A DNA stretch of 40,891 bases from an uncultured Clostridia bacterium (lineage in GTDB: Bacteria > Bacillota > Clostridia > Oscillospirales > UBA644). The DNA lies in contig CALXAN010000061.1 in the NCBI GenBank assembly GCA_944386305.1, positions 1 through 40,891 of the forward strand, in the 5' to 3' direction. Of the stretch, positions 8,875-17,437 are shown piece by piece (within the stretch, counting starts at the first letter, position 1; the number at the start of each line of letters is the position of its first letter). The position numbers and the translations under genes were made by a program. Below the pieces are notes generated by a model that ran no database searches, was not told where the DNA came from, and worked only from the letters and a program-made list of their open reading frames with translations.

Positions 8875-9397
8875 AAGCTGCCGGGAATCGAACACGGTGG
8901 GGCGGCTGATTTTTGTGCGTACCGCATTTTAATCCGAAAGGATTAACTGCGTGTTGCGCCTTGTCCGCACAAAAATCCGCTCGCTTAAAACGCACCGAAA
9001 AACGGCGCATATTTTTGTTTTTGCGGGTATCTTCGCCTTTACAGATTTGAGGGCGTACGTCAAAGACACCGCAGCAACTTTTTCTGCATATTTTGTTCGA
9101 CCCCCGTCAGCTTAAGCTGACGGGAGTCGAACCCCGCATGGTGCGGCTGATTTTTGTGCGTACCGCATTTTAATCCGAAGAGAGGGCCGGCGCCGTAAAA
9201 CGCCGAATAATGGACATGGGAATAAAGAAAGGCGTAAGCGTACATGTACGAAAAGTCGCGCCGCTCGGAGAGTCAGGGTTTTTTACGCCTTATTTGTACA
9301 AAAATCCGCTCGACTTTATCGAAAAAAATTACCCACGGATTTTCACCTTTACTATGAGACACCTTCGCAGCGACGCGTTTTTTTCGGCATATTTTGC
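8875..9397 (+). mobile_element. Two tandem copies of a dispersed MITE/REP-like element (copies A and B)
   Basis: Ends AAGCTGCCGGGA.TCGAAC / GTTCGAC.CCCG.CAGCTT; 38-bp junction palindrome at 9095-9132; shared internal blocks GCGGCTGATTTTTGTGCGTACCGCATTTTAATCCGAA and ACAAAAATCCGCTCG. Confidence 0.75.
9189..9271 (+). pseudogene. feoA: Internal fragment of a FeoA (ferrous iron transport protein A) gene embedded in repeat copy B
   Basis: Translates as GAVKRRIMDMGIKKGVSVHVRKVAPLG, the core of clostridial FeoA; N- and C-terminal parts are absent and there is no feoB in the window. Confidence 0.8.
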
Positions 9398-9774
9398 AGC
9401 GTGGGGAGGTTCTGTGTCAGATTAAACCGAAAGGGTCGTTTACATATGTGGCCGCGCTCTGCGTCAAGGGGCGGCGGAAATGTTTTTTATACCCGTGCCT
9501 TTACGCTCCACGATGGTATTTCCGCGTCCTTTGGCCTGCGTACGACCGTATCCGGCCTGGTTTGTATTTCGATATATTTACGCTTGCGGGTGGGCGGGAA
9601 TGCCTGTGCTGTAAAAAAATAATATCCGAGCGTTATTTCCCGGCGCTGTGAATGGTTTTTTGCTGTGCTTTTTTATCGTATAATATTTTCTGCAATGCTG
9701 TAAAAATAAAGAAACGAGGCCGTTTCAGATACGGTTCTGCTTATCAGAATTATAGGGGTATCCTCTGTTTGGGC

Positions 9775-10070
9775 AAGCCGCGCGCAGGGCGTTTCGGCTT
9801 TTGGTCTGTATGTTATTAATCCCTGTCATTTCGAAGGATTGCGGCCGCGTGCAGGGCATGCGCTTATATGTCGGCCCGGCCGTGCAAAAAAGTACGGCAG
9901 AGCGTTTCGGCTTTTGGTCTATATGTTATTAATCCCTGTCATTTCGAAGAATTGCGGCCGCGCGCAGGGCATGCGCTTATATGTCGGCCCGGCCGTGCAA
10001 AAAAAGTACGGCTGGGCGTTTCAGGTTTGGGTCATGTGAGTCCCGTTATTCGAAAAAAAGTACGGCGGTT
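9775..10070. repeat. Tandem repeat, ~2.5 units of 113-114 bp
   Basis: GCGTTTCGGCTTTTGGTCT units at 9789, 9902 and (degenerate) 10016. Confidence 0.9.
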
Positions 10071-10092
10071 CATTTTGGTTCATATATAAAGT

Positions 10093-10125
10093 ATCCCGCC
10101 GTTCGGATAACCCGAACGGCGGGAT
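10093..10125 (-). terminator. Hairpin/terminator downstream of the hydrogenase operon
   Basis: Perfect 14-bp stem ATCCCGCCGTTCGG/CCGAACGGCGGGAT. Confidence 0.7.
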
Positions 10126-10185
10126 GATTTGCGGCTTGATCTGTGCGGTCTGAGGTCTTGAAAAAATGTCGTAGAGCGGCTTTGT

Positions 10186-10417
10186 ACACTCAGCCGTCAC
10201 ATATATTTTTTTCCTGCCGCAGGTATGCGTCACTGATAGCTGATACAGACATTCAGCTGTCACATATGTTTCTTTCTTGACATAGATATGCATCACTGAT
10301 AGCTGATGCATACACTCAGCCGTCGCATATATTTCTCTCCTGCCGCAGGTATGCATTAGCTGATGCATACGCTCAGCCGTTACATATATTTCTTTCTTGC
10401 CACGTAGGTGGTATGCA
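10186..10417. repeat. Tandem repeat (63/63/57 bp) whose last unit overlaps the 3' end of hydA
   Basis: TCAGC(C/T)GT..CATAT.TTT..T.CTTG units at 10190, 10253, 10316 and 10373. Confidence 0.85.
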
Positions 10418-12122
10418 GGTCGTGGTGGGCGCGTTTGCAGCCGTAGGAACCCTTGTAGTATTCTTCGTAGAGGGTCTTGACTACGGGGGACAGGTGAGAC
10501 TTGCGTATGGTGCTGGCCTCGTCCATGTCGTACAGGGCTTTGGCGCGCAGCGCTTTTATGTCCGTGGTGTCGCGCACGTACTGCGGCTGTATGGGCTGGC
10601 CGCCGCCGTTTACGCAGCCGCCCGGGCAGCCCATGATCTCGACAAACGTCCAGTCGGCCTCGCCGCTGTGTATTTTGTCCATTACTTCTTTGGCCGCTTT
10701 TGCTCCGCTGGCCACGGCCACCTTTATCGTCTTGCCGCCCAGGTTTACCTGCGCCTCTTTTATGGGCGCGGTGCCGCGCAGCGCTGAGAAGTCTATCGGC
10801 TCGCCCTCGCCGCCGCTCAGCCAGTCGTTGGCCGTCCTGAGCGCGGCCTCCATGACGCCGCCTGTCGCGCCGAATATGGCCGCCGCTCCCGTGTCCTGCC
10901 CCAGCGGGTCGTCAAAGTCCTCGTCGGGCAGGTTTGTAAACATGAGGCCCGCCCTGCGTATCATGCGGCTCAGCTCCCTGGTGGTGATGACTATGTCCGT
11001 GTCTCTGTAGCCGGAGGCGTCCATGTTGTCGCGCGTGATTTCAAACTTCTTGGCCGTGCAGGGCATGACCGCCACGTTGATTATCGTGCCGGGGTCTATG
11101 CCGTATTTTTCGGCATAATAGGTTTTTATCACCGCGCCCGTCATCTGCATGGGCGACTTGCAGGTGGAGATGTGGTTGAGCATATCGGGGTAGTAGAACT
11201 CCGCAAACCTCACCCAGCCCGGCGAGCAGGAGGTTATCATGGGCAGGACGCTGTTGGATTTTATCCTTTCCAGCAGCTCGTGCGCCTCTTCTACTATCGT
11301 CAGGTCCGCGCCGAAATCCGTGTCGAAGACCTTGTCGAAGCCGAGCCTGCGCAGCGCCGCCACCATTTTGCCCTCCACGTTTGTGCCTATGGGCATGCCG
11401 AAGCATTCCCCGAGCGCAGCCCTGACAGAGGGCGCGGTCTGAACTATGACGGTTTTGGTCGGGTCGGAGAGCGCTTTCCACACCTTGTCGGTGTCGTCTT
11501 TTTCCACGAGCGCGCCCGTGGGACAGACTACCGTGCACTGGCCGCAGGCTATGCACGGCGTGTCCAACAGCGCCTTGCGGAAATGCGGCCCGATGCTGGT
11601 CTCCATGCCTCTGTCCGTAGGTCCTATGACGGATACGTGCTGCTCTTTGCACGCGGCCACGCACCTGCGGCAGAGTATGCACTTGGTGTTGTCACGCACC
11701 AGGTACGGGGTGGATTCGTCTATCTTGTACTTGGGGTTAAAGCCGCTGAACTTGTTTTCGTCCACGCCGTAGTCGTGGCACAGCTTGTGCAGCTCGCAGT
11801 TGGTCGACCTCAGGCACGACAGGCAGTCCTTGCGGTGGGTGGACAGTATCAGCTCCAGTGTGGTCTTGCGCGCGTTGCGCACCTTTTCGGTGTTTGTCTG
11901 TACCTCCATGCCCTCGCTGACGGGGTATACGCAGGCGGTCACCAGGCCTCTCGTGCCCGTGGCCTCCACCACGCATATCCTGCATGCGCCTATCTCGTTG
12001 GAGTCTTTCATGTAGCAGAGCGTAGGTATCTCTATGCCCGCGAGGCGCGCCGCTTCGAGTATAGTGGAGCCCTCCGGCACGCTGACCGGGATGCCGTTTA
12101 TCTTCAGATTAACGTTTTTCAT
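10380..12122 (-). CDS. hydA: [FeFe]-hydrogenase catalytic subunit (group A3, NuoG-like N-terminus)
   Basis: H-cluster motifs TSCSPGW, MPCTAKKFE and EIMGCPGGCVNGGGQP; 2Fe-2S, HxxxCxxCxxxxxC and 2x4Fe-4S motifs; GAGGTG RBS before ATG 12122. Confidence 0.96.
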   Translation of the reverse strand: MKNVNLKINGIPVSVPEGSTILEAARLAGIEIPTLCYMKDSNEIGACRICVVEATGTRGLVTACVYPVSEGMEVQTNTEKVRNARKTTLELILSTHRKDCLSCLRSTNCELHKLCHDYGVDENKFSGFNPKYKIDESTPYLVRDNTKCILCRRCVAACKEQHVSVIGPTDRGMETSIGPHFRKALLDTPCIACGQCTVVCPTGALVEKDDTDKVWKALSDPTKTVIVQTAPSVRAALGECFGMPIGTNVEGKMVAALRRLGFDKVFDTDFGADLTIVEEAHELLERIKSNSVLPMITSCSPGWVRFAEFYYPDMLNHISTCKSPMQMTGAVIKTYYAEKYGIDPGTIINVAVMPCTAKKFEITRDNMDASGYRDTDIVITTRELSRMIRRAGLMFTNLPDEDFDDPLGQDTGAAAIFGATGGVMEAALRTANDWLSGGEGEPIDFSALRGTAPIKEAQVNLGGKTIKVAVASGAKAAKEVMDKIHSGEADWTFVEIMGCPGGCVNGGGQPIQPQYVRDTTDIKALRAKALYDMDEASTIRKSHLSPVVKTLYEEYYKGSYGCKRAHHDLHTTYVARKKYM

Positions 12123-12141
12123 GTCTTGACGCACCTCTTTT

Positions 12142-14034
12142 CTATCTCTTGCTTATGGCTTTTATCTTTTTGCAGTTGTCCATGCAGACGCCGCATTTTA
12201 CGCACTTTTCGCTCAGTATCTCAAACGAGGCCAGCTTGTGCCCCGGCGCGGTGTAATCCGTGCGTACGATGGCCTCCGCGGGACAGTTCTTGGCGCAGAG
12301 GCCGCAGCCTATGCACTTGTCTTTGTCTATGGTGTAGCTCAGCAGAGCCTTGCACACCCCTGCGGGACATTTCTTGTTTACTATATGCGCGAGATACTCG
12401 TCTCTGAAAAATCTCAGAGTCGCCAGCACGGGATTCGGCGCCGTCTGACCCAGGCCGCACAGGGAGTTCTGCTTGATATAATTGCACAGATACTCCAGCT
12501 CGTCCAGGTCCTCCAGCGTGCCCTTGCCCTCCGTTATCTTGTCCAGCTTCTCCAGCAGCCTGCGCACGCCTACGCGGCACGGGGTGCATTTGCCGCACGA
12601 CTCATCTACCGTAAACTCGAGGAAAAACTTGGCCATGTCTACCATGCACGTGTCCTCGTCCATGATTATCAGTCCGCCCGAGCCCATCATGCAGCCTATG
12701 GATATGAGATTGTCGTAGTCTACCTGCGTGTCTATGAGGCTGGCGGGAATGCAGCCGCCCGAGGGTCCGCCCGTCTGGGCAGCTTTAAATTTTTTGCCGT
12801 TGGGCACGCCGCCGCCTATCTCGTTGACTATCTCGTTGAGCGTGGTGCCCATGGGTATCTCCACCAGGCCCGTATGATTTATCTTGCCGCCGAGCGCGAA
12901 GACCTTGGTACCTTTCGATTTTTCCGTTCCCATTTCTGCGAACCAATCCGCGCCCCTGAGTATTATCTGCGGGATATTGGCCAGGGTTTCCACATTGTTC
13001 TCCGCCGTCGGGCATCCAAACAGTCCCTTTACCGCCGGGAACGGGGGCCTTGTGCGCGGCTCTCCGCGCTTGCCCTCGATGGACGTCATCAGCGCCGTCT
13101 CCTCGCCGCAGACGAACGCGCCCGCGCCGAGCCTGATATCGAGGTCAAAGCTGAAGTCCGAGCCCAGTATATGCCGGCCCAGCAGCCCTTCTCTGCGCGC
13201 CTCGTCTATGGCGACGCGCAGCCTGTGTACGGCTATGGGGTACTCCGCGCGCACGTAGACGTAGCCCTGGTCCGCGCCCACGGCGTAGCCCGCTATGGCC
13301 ATGGCCTCTATGATGCAGTGCGGGTCGCCCTCAAGCACCGACCTGTCCATAAACGCGCCCGGGTCGCCCTCGTCGGCGTTGCAGACTATGTATTTCTTGG
13401 GCCCGTCGGCCACAAAGCTCCACTTCTTGCCCGTCGGGAAGCCCGCGCCGCCGCGCCCTCTCAGACCCGACTGCGACACTATCGACACTACCTGGGCGGG
13501 CGTATATTCGCTCAGACATTTCGCCAGCGCCTGATACCCGTCCCTGGCCACGTATTCCTCCAGCGATTCGGGGTCTATGACGCCGCAGTTGCGCAGCACT
13601 ACCCGCACCTGCTTGCGGTAGAAGTCGGTTTCCGTAAGCGGTTTGACGTTTCCGTCTTCGTCCAGCGTCTCCGAGTATACGTATTTCTTTACCGGATTGC
13701 CGCCCACGATATGGCCTTCGAATATCTCATGTATGTGTTCGGGCTCGACCCTCGAGTAAAACACGCCCTCGGGGTACACTATCATTATCCGCCCCAGCGC
13801 GCACAGCCCGAAGCAGCCCGTGCGCACGACCTTTACTATGTCCTGCATGCCGTGGGCTTCGACCTCGGCTTTGAGCAGTTCTATGAGCTTTTCGCTGTTT
13901 GAGGACGTGCAGCCGGTTCCGCCGCAGACCATGATGTGGTACTTATACGTCTCCGTGCCCGTGATTCCGTCCCGCAGCGCCACAAGCTTGCGGCTTGCCC
14001 GGCGCAGGGCGTTAAGTTCTTCTATGGATTTCAT
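12142..14034 (-). CDS. hydB: Electron-bifurcating hydrogenase NADH/FMN-binding subunit (NuoF-like)
   Basis: SGLRGRGGAGFPTG, CNADEGDPGAFMDR, GAGAFVCGEETAL, ESCGKCTPCR; C-terminal 2x4Fe-4S; N-terminal thioredoxin-like 2Fe-2S. Confidence 0.95.
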   Translation of the reverse strand: MKSIEELNALRRASRKLVALRDGITGTETYKYHIMVCGGTGCTSSNSEKLIELLKAEVEAHGMQDIVKVVRTGCFGLCALGRIMIVYPEGVFYSRVEPEHIHEIFEGHIVGGNPVKKYVYSETLDEDGNVKPLTETDFYRKQVRVVLRNCGVIDPESLEEYVARDGYQALAKCLSEYTPAQVVSIVSQSGLRGRGGAGFPTGKKWSFVADGPKKYIVCNADEGDPGAFMDRSVLEGDPHCIIEAMAIAGYAVGADQGYVYVRAEYPIAVHRLRVAIDEARREGLLGRHILGSDFSFDLDIRLGAGAFVCGEETALMTSIEGKRGEPRTRPPFPAVKGLFGCPTAENNVETLANIPQIILRGADWFAEMGTEKSKGTKVFALGGKINHTGLVEIPMGTTLNEIVNEIGGGVPNGKKFKAAQTGGPSGGCIPASLIDTQVDYDNLISIGCMMGSGGLIIMDEDTCMVDMAKFFLEFTVDESCGKCTPCRVGVRRLLEKLDKITEGKGTLEDLDELEYLCNYIKQNSLCGLGQTAPNPVLATLRFFRDEYLAHIVNKKCPAGVCKALLSYTIDKDKCIGCGLCAKNCPAEAIVRTDYTAPGHKLASFEILSEKCVKCGVCMDNCKKIKAISKR

Positions 14035-14075
14035 TTAAACTCTCCTTCACTGACCTGTGTTCTGCCGCCTGCAAA

Positions 14076-14570
14076 TCAATCTCTGTACTTGGCTATTATT
14101 CCCGGTATGTCCTCGGGCACGAGCCGTCCGTAAACCTCGCCGTTTACGGTTATTACGGGCGCAAGCCCGCATGCGCCTATGCACCTGCATGCCGACAGCG
14201 AGAATTTGCCGTCGGGCGTGCATTCGTCGGCCTCTATGCCCAGCTCCTTGGACAGTTCGTCCATTATCGCGCCCGCGCCCTTGACGTAGCAGGCCGTACC
14301 GAGACATACGGAGATGTCCTTTTCCCCTTTCGGAGACAGTGAAAACTGCGCGTAAAAGGTCGAAATGCCGTACAGCTCGCTCATCGGTATATCCAGCTCG
14401 TCCGCCACTATCTGCTGTACCTCTATGGGCAGGTAGCCGTATATCTCCTGCGCTTTCTGCAGCGCGGGCATGGCTACGCCCTGCATGTCCCTGTTCTGCC
14501 TGAGCCAGTCCCGCAGCTGCGCTTCCTGCTCGGGCGTGCCTTTAAAGGGAATGTTGGAAAATTTTTTCAT
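14076..14570 (-). CDS. hydC: Electron-bifurcating hydrogenase 2Fe-2S subunit (NuoE-like)
   Basis: VCLGTACYVKG and CRCIGACGLAP; GGAGG RBS. Confidence 0.94.
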   Translation of the reverse strand: MKKFSNIPFKGTPEQEAQLRDWLRQNRDMQGVAMPALQKAQEIYGYLPIEVQQIVADELDIPMSELYGISTFYAQFSLSPKGEKDISVCLGTACYVKGAGAIMDELSKELGIEADECTPDGKFSLSACRCIGACGLAPVITVNGEVYGRLVPEDIPGIIAKYRD

Positions 14571-15054
14571 GCCGTTTCCTCCAAATTTATATAAACAAAG
14601 CTCGATTTCAAATTATATAGAAGATGCGTTCGATTTCATTAAGAATATTTAAATTGACATAAAATTCGATAGCCTCAGAAATATGTAAGTCCTCCGTATT
14701 TGCGCGAGCCTGAACCGAAACTTGGGCGGGATATGGGGACGGTGTCCCTGAAACAGGGCCTCTCGTCTTTTTGCCGCGGCGATTGCCCGCACTGAGTATT
14801 ATAGCATAAAATCGCCCGTTGTTCCACATTATTTAATAAAATATGTCAAAAAAAATTTTTCCTCTTTTTACAAATAAATCTGCGGCGTAACCCATGCGGA
14901 TTCAAATCGTCTCCAAAGGCTGAAACCCTCCGTCTCCGCGGCGGTTTTTACGACGCCGAACCGCTGAAAAACGGGGCTCCGCGTATTTCCTCGGAAATAT
15001 AATGCGCCTGCGTATCTCGAGGTATTTTCGTTTTTCGAACATACGCCTGCGGGC

Positions 15055-15343
15055 GGAATTGCTCGAAAGTTCGCGATATTTTCCTCAGATTTCAGACTAA
15101 AAGCGGTATTTGCTTCAGATTTCAGACGGAATTGCTCGAGAATTCGCGATATTTTCCTCGAGTTTCAGGCGGAATTGCTCGAAAATTCGCGGTATTTTCC
15201 TCGGATTTCAGACTGAATTGTTCGAGAATTCGCGATATTTTCCTCGGATTTCAGACTGAATTGTTCTAAAGTTCGCGGTATTTGCCTCGAGTTTCAGACG
15301 GAATTGATCGAAAGTTCGCGGTATTTGCCTCAAAATTCGAGCG
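15055..15343. repeat. Tandem repeat, ~6.5 units of 43 bp without spacers
   Basis: Unit GGAATTGCTCGAAA.TTCGCG.TATTTTCCTC...TTTCAGAC. Confidence 0.9.
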
Positions 15344-15361
15344 GCCTAAAATTTGTCGTTT

Positions 15362-15618
15362 GAGCCTGAGCTGGCGGGAGTCGGGCAAAATATGCCGAAA
15401 AAAAATACGCTTCTTTTACATACCGCAGGTCTGCAAGGGAGAATAACCTGTCTGCAAAGGCAAAAATCCGTCGTTCTTTTCGCTGCAGTTTTGCGCGGGC
15501 GGATTTTTGTGCGGACAGGGCATAACGCAGTTAATTTTTTTCGAATTAAAATTCTAACGCAGTACGCGCGAAAATCAGCCGACCCGTGTCGTACTCGGCT
15601 CTTATGAAGCTTAAGCTC
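15362..15618 (-). mobile_element. Copy C of the dispersed MITE/REP-like element, inverted orientation
   Basis: Reverse complement reads AGCTTAAGCT..CGGCTGATTTTCGCGCGTAC..TTTTAATTCGAAA..TGTCCGCACAAAAATCCGCCCGC..TTTTTTCGGCATATTTTGCCCGACTCCCGCCAGCT, the same block order as copies A and D. Confidence 0.75.
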
Positions 15619-15665
15619 GGGCCTGACGTCGCCGAACGTTTAGGCGCCAGCGCGTTCTTTAGCCC

Positions 15666-15840
15666 GCAAAAGCATTTATACGCACGGCAGAATGCAAAGC
15701 CGCCGATCGCTTAACCCGGCTGCCGCAGACTGCCTATTCTCGGGCCTGACGCGCACGCCTGCGTATTCTCAGTCTGCAAAAGCATTTATACGCACGGCAG
15801 AATGCAAAGTAGCCGATCGCTTAACCCGGCTGCCGCAGAC
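15666..15840. repeat. 65-bp near-identical direct repeat, period 110 bp
   Basis: GCAAAAGCATTTATACGCACGGCAGAATGCAAAG..GCCGATCGCTTAACCCGGCTGCCGCAGAC at 15666 and 15776. Confidence 0.9.
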
Positions 15841-15863
15841 CTCTTAGGCTGGCGGCAAATGTA

Positions 15864-16307
15864 CTATTTTGTCTTAAATTGTTTAGAACAATCGTGGTTT
15901 TCGGTATTTTCAGGCTGTTTATGCCCGCCGCAGCGGTGTTTAAACAGCTCGGGCAGGTCCCGGGCCGCCAGTATCCGTCCGCACGGCTCAAAGCCCGCGC
16001 AGAGCGCCGTCTTTCGGTCGGCTTCGGTAAGCGGGGAGAACTCCGCCTCCTTCAGCCCGCACAGGTCGAAGAAATTGAGCACGGCCCTGCACAGCAGGAA
16101 CATGGCCTCCTCGTCCCTGCCTGCGCCGGCTGCGGCGCGCATGGACACTATGACGCCCCTGTCCGCCTCGATGCGCGACTGCGCCGCGCCGAGCAGCCCG
16201 TTTTCTTCGGCCGCATGGCAGAAAGCGCGCGGTATGTACTCCATGCCGCATCGCCTGCATATATCCTTTTGTTCCTCGGTGTCCTGCACGGGTCTTATGG
16301 TCAGCAT
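15864..16307 (-). CDS. Hypothetical protein, possibly GNAT-like fold (147 aa)
   Basis: GGAGGA RBS before ATG 16307 (MLTIRPVQD...); the upstream part of the 247-aa ORF overlaps the dehydrogenase gene and is spurious. Confidence 0.7.
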   Translation of the reverse strand: MLTIRPVQDTEEQKDICRRCGMEYIPRAFCHAAEENGLLGAAQSRIEADRGVIVSMRAAAGAGRDEEAMFLLCRAVLNFFDLCGLKEAEFSPLTEADRKTALCAGFEPCGRILAARDLPELFKHRCGGHKQPENTENHDCSKQFKTK

Positions 16308-16393
16308 TGTTCCTCCGTCCGTCCGCCGTCGGCGGACCTTGAGCCGCAAACGTCCCCGCGGCGAGGTTGAGCGCCGCGGGGATAGGCAAAAAA

Positions 16394-17341
16394 TTATATA
16401 TCGAGCTGGGCTATGGCCGACTTGAGCGTGTCCACGCTGTGCATAAATGCGGACAGCTCCTCGTCCGTAAATTTGGGCGTGAGCACCCTCTTTATTCCGC
16501 CCGCGCCCACTATCGCGGGCAGGCTTATGCTCACGTCCGTCACGCCGTATTCGCCGTGCATGACGCAGGACACGGGCAGCACGGTGTCCCTGCCGCTGCA
16601 TATGCACTCGCAGATATGCGTCACCGCCACGGATACTGCAAAGAACGTCGCGCCCTTGTTCTTTATCACCACCGCGCCGGAGGTGCGCACGTATTCCTCT
16701 ATCGCCTCGTGGTCAAGCTCCTGGTACCTGATATGCACGGGGTCCAGGCAGTCTCTGTAGTCGTCTACCGGTATGCCCGCCACCGAGGCCATGGACCAGG
16801 GAATGAACGAGCTGTCCCCATGCTCGCCCAGCACGAACGCATGCACGTTGCGCTGGCTTATGGCCAGGGTGTCCGCTATCCTGGCTTTGAGGCGCGAGGT
16901 GTCGAGTATGGTGCCCGAGCCTAAAATGCGGCTGTCCGGGACTCCGGATATGCGTGAAAAGACGTAGGTGAGTATGTCTACCGGATTGTTTACAAACAGG
17001 TAGACGGCGTTGGGCGCATGCTTGACGATTTTTTCGGTTATGGACTTGAGGATATTGACGTTGGTCTGAGCCAGATCGATTCTGCTCTGGCCCGCCTTGC
17101 GCGCGATGCCCGAAGTCACTATGACTATATCCGAGTTGGCCGCGTCGCCGTAATCGCCCGAATATATATTCAGCGCATGGCAGAACGGGGCGCCCTGGCG
17201 TATGTCCATAGCTTCGCCGAACGCCTTTTCCTTGTTTATGTCTATCATGACTATCTCGGCCGCCACGCCCTTGACCGCCATCGTGTAGGCTATGGTCGAA
17301 CCCACGTTGCCCGCGCCGATTATGGTTATCTTGTTGCTCAT
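16394..17341 (-). CDS. mdh: LDH/MDH-family NAD-dependent 2-hydroxyacid dehydrogenase, probably malate dehydrogenase
   Basis: GAGNVG, NPVD, GTILDTSR and GEHGDS motifs; substrate loop GIARKAGQSRIDL has Arg at the position that is Gln in true LDH. Confidence 0.75.
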   Translation of the reverse strand: MSNKITIIGAGNVGSTIAYTMAVKGVAAEIVMIDINKEKAFGEAMDIRQGAPFCHALNIYSGDYGDAANSDIVIVTSGIARKAGQSRIDLAQTNVNILKSITEKIVKHAPNAVYLFVNNPVDILTYVFSRISGVPDSRILGSGTILDTSRLKARIADTLAISQRNVHAFVLGEHGDSSFIPWSMASVAGIPVDDYRDCLDPVHIRYQELDHEAIEEYVRTSGAVVIKNKGATFFAVSVAVTHICECICSGRDTVLPVSCVMHGEYGVTDVSISLPAIVGAGGIKRVLTPKFTDEELSAFMHSVDTLKSAIAQLDI

Positions 17342-17437
17342 CTTTGTCCATCCTTTCTTTTGTCGGAGCTCGTTTGTTAAAGTTGCCCTTTTCCCTTATA
17401 TCTCAGTGATGTTCTGCTTACGGCCTGTTTATTAAAG

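Noticed and set aside
11172-13902. Long antisense ORFs (411 and 554 aa; also 36315-38786, 20172-21347 and 21819-22868)
   Set aside because: Shadow ORFs opposite high-GC3 housekeeping genes, with no recognisable protein features.
14819-14840. Rex operator upstream of hydC (and half-sites near nfnA and mdh)
   Set aside because: Only half-site matches to TTGTTAA-N4-TTAACAA, with wrong spacing.
15055-15343. Possible CRISPR array (43-bp periodicity); same question for 3935-4230, 24385-24668 and 34044-34205
   Set aside because: Units abut directly with no unique spacers, variation is spread through the unit, and there are no cas genes in the window.
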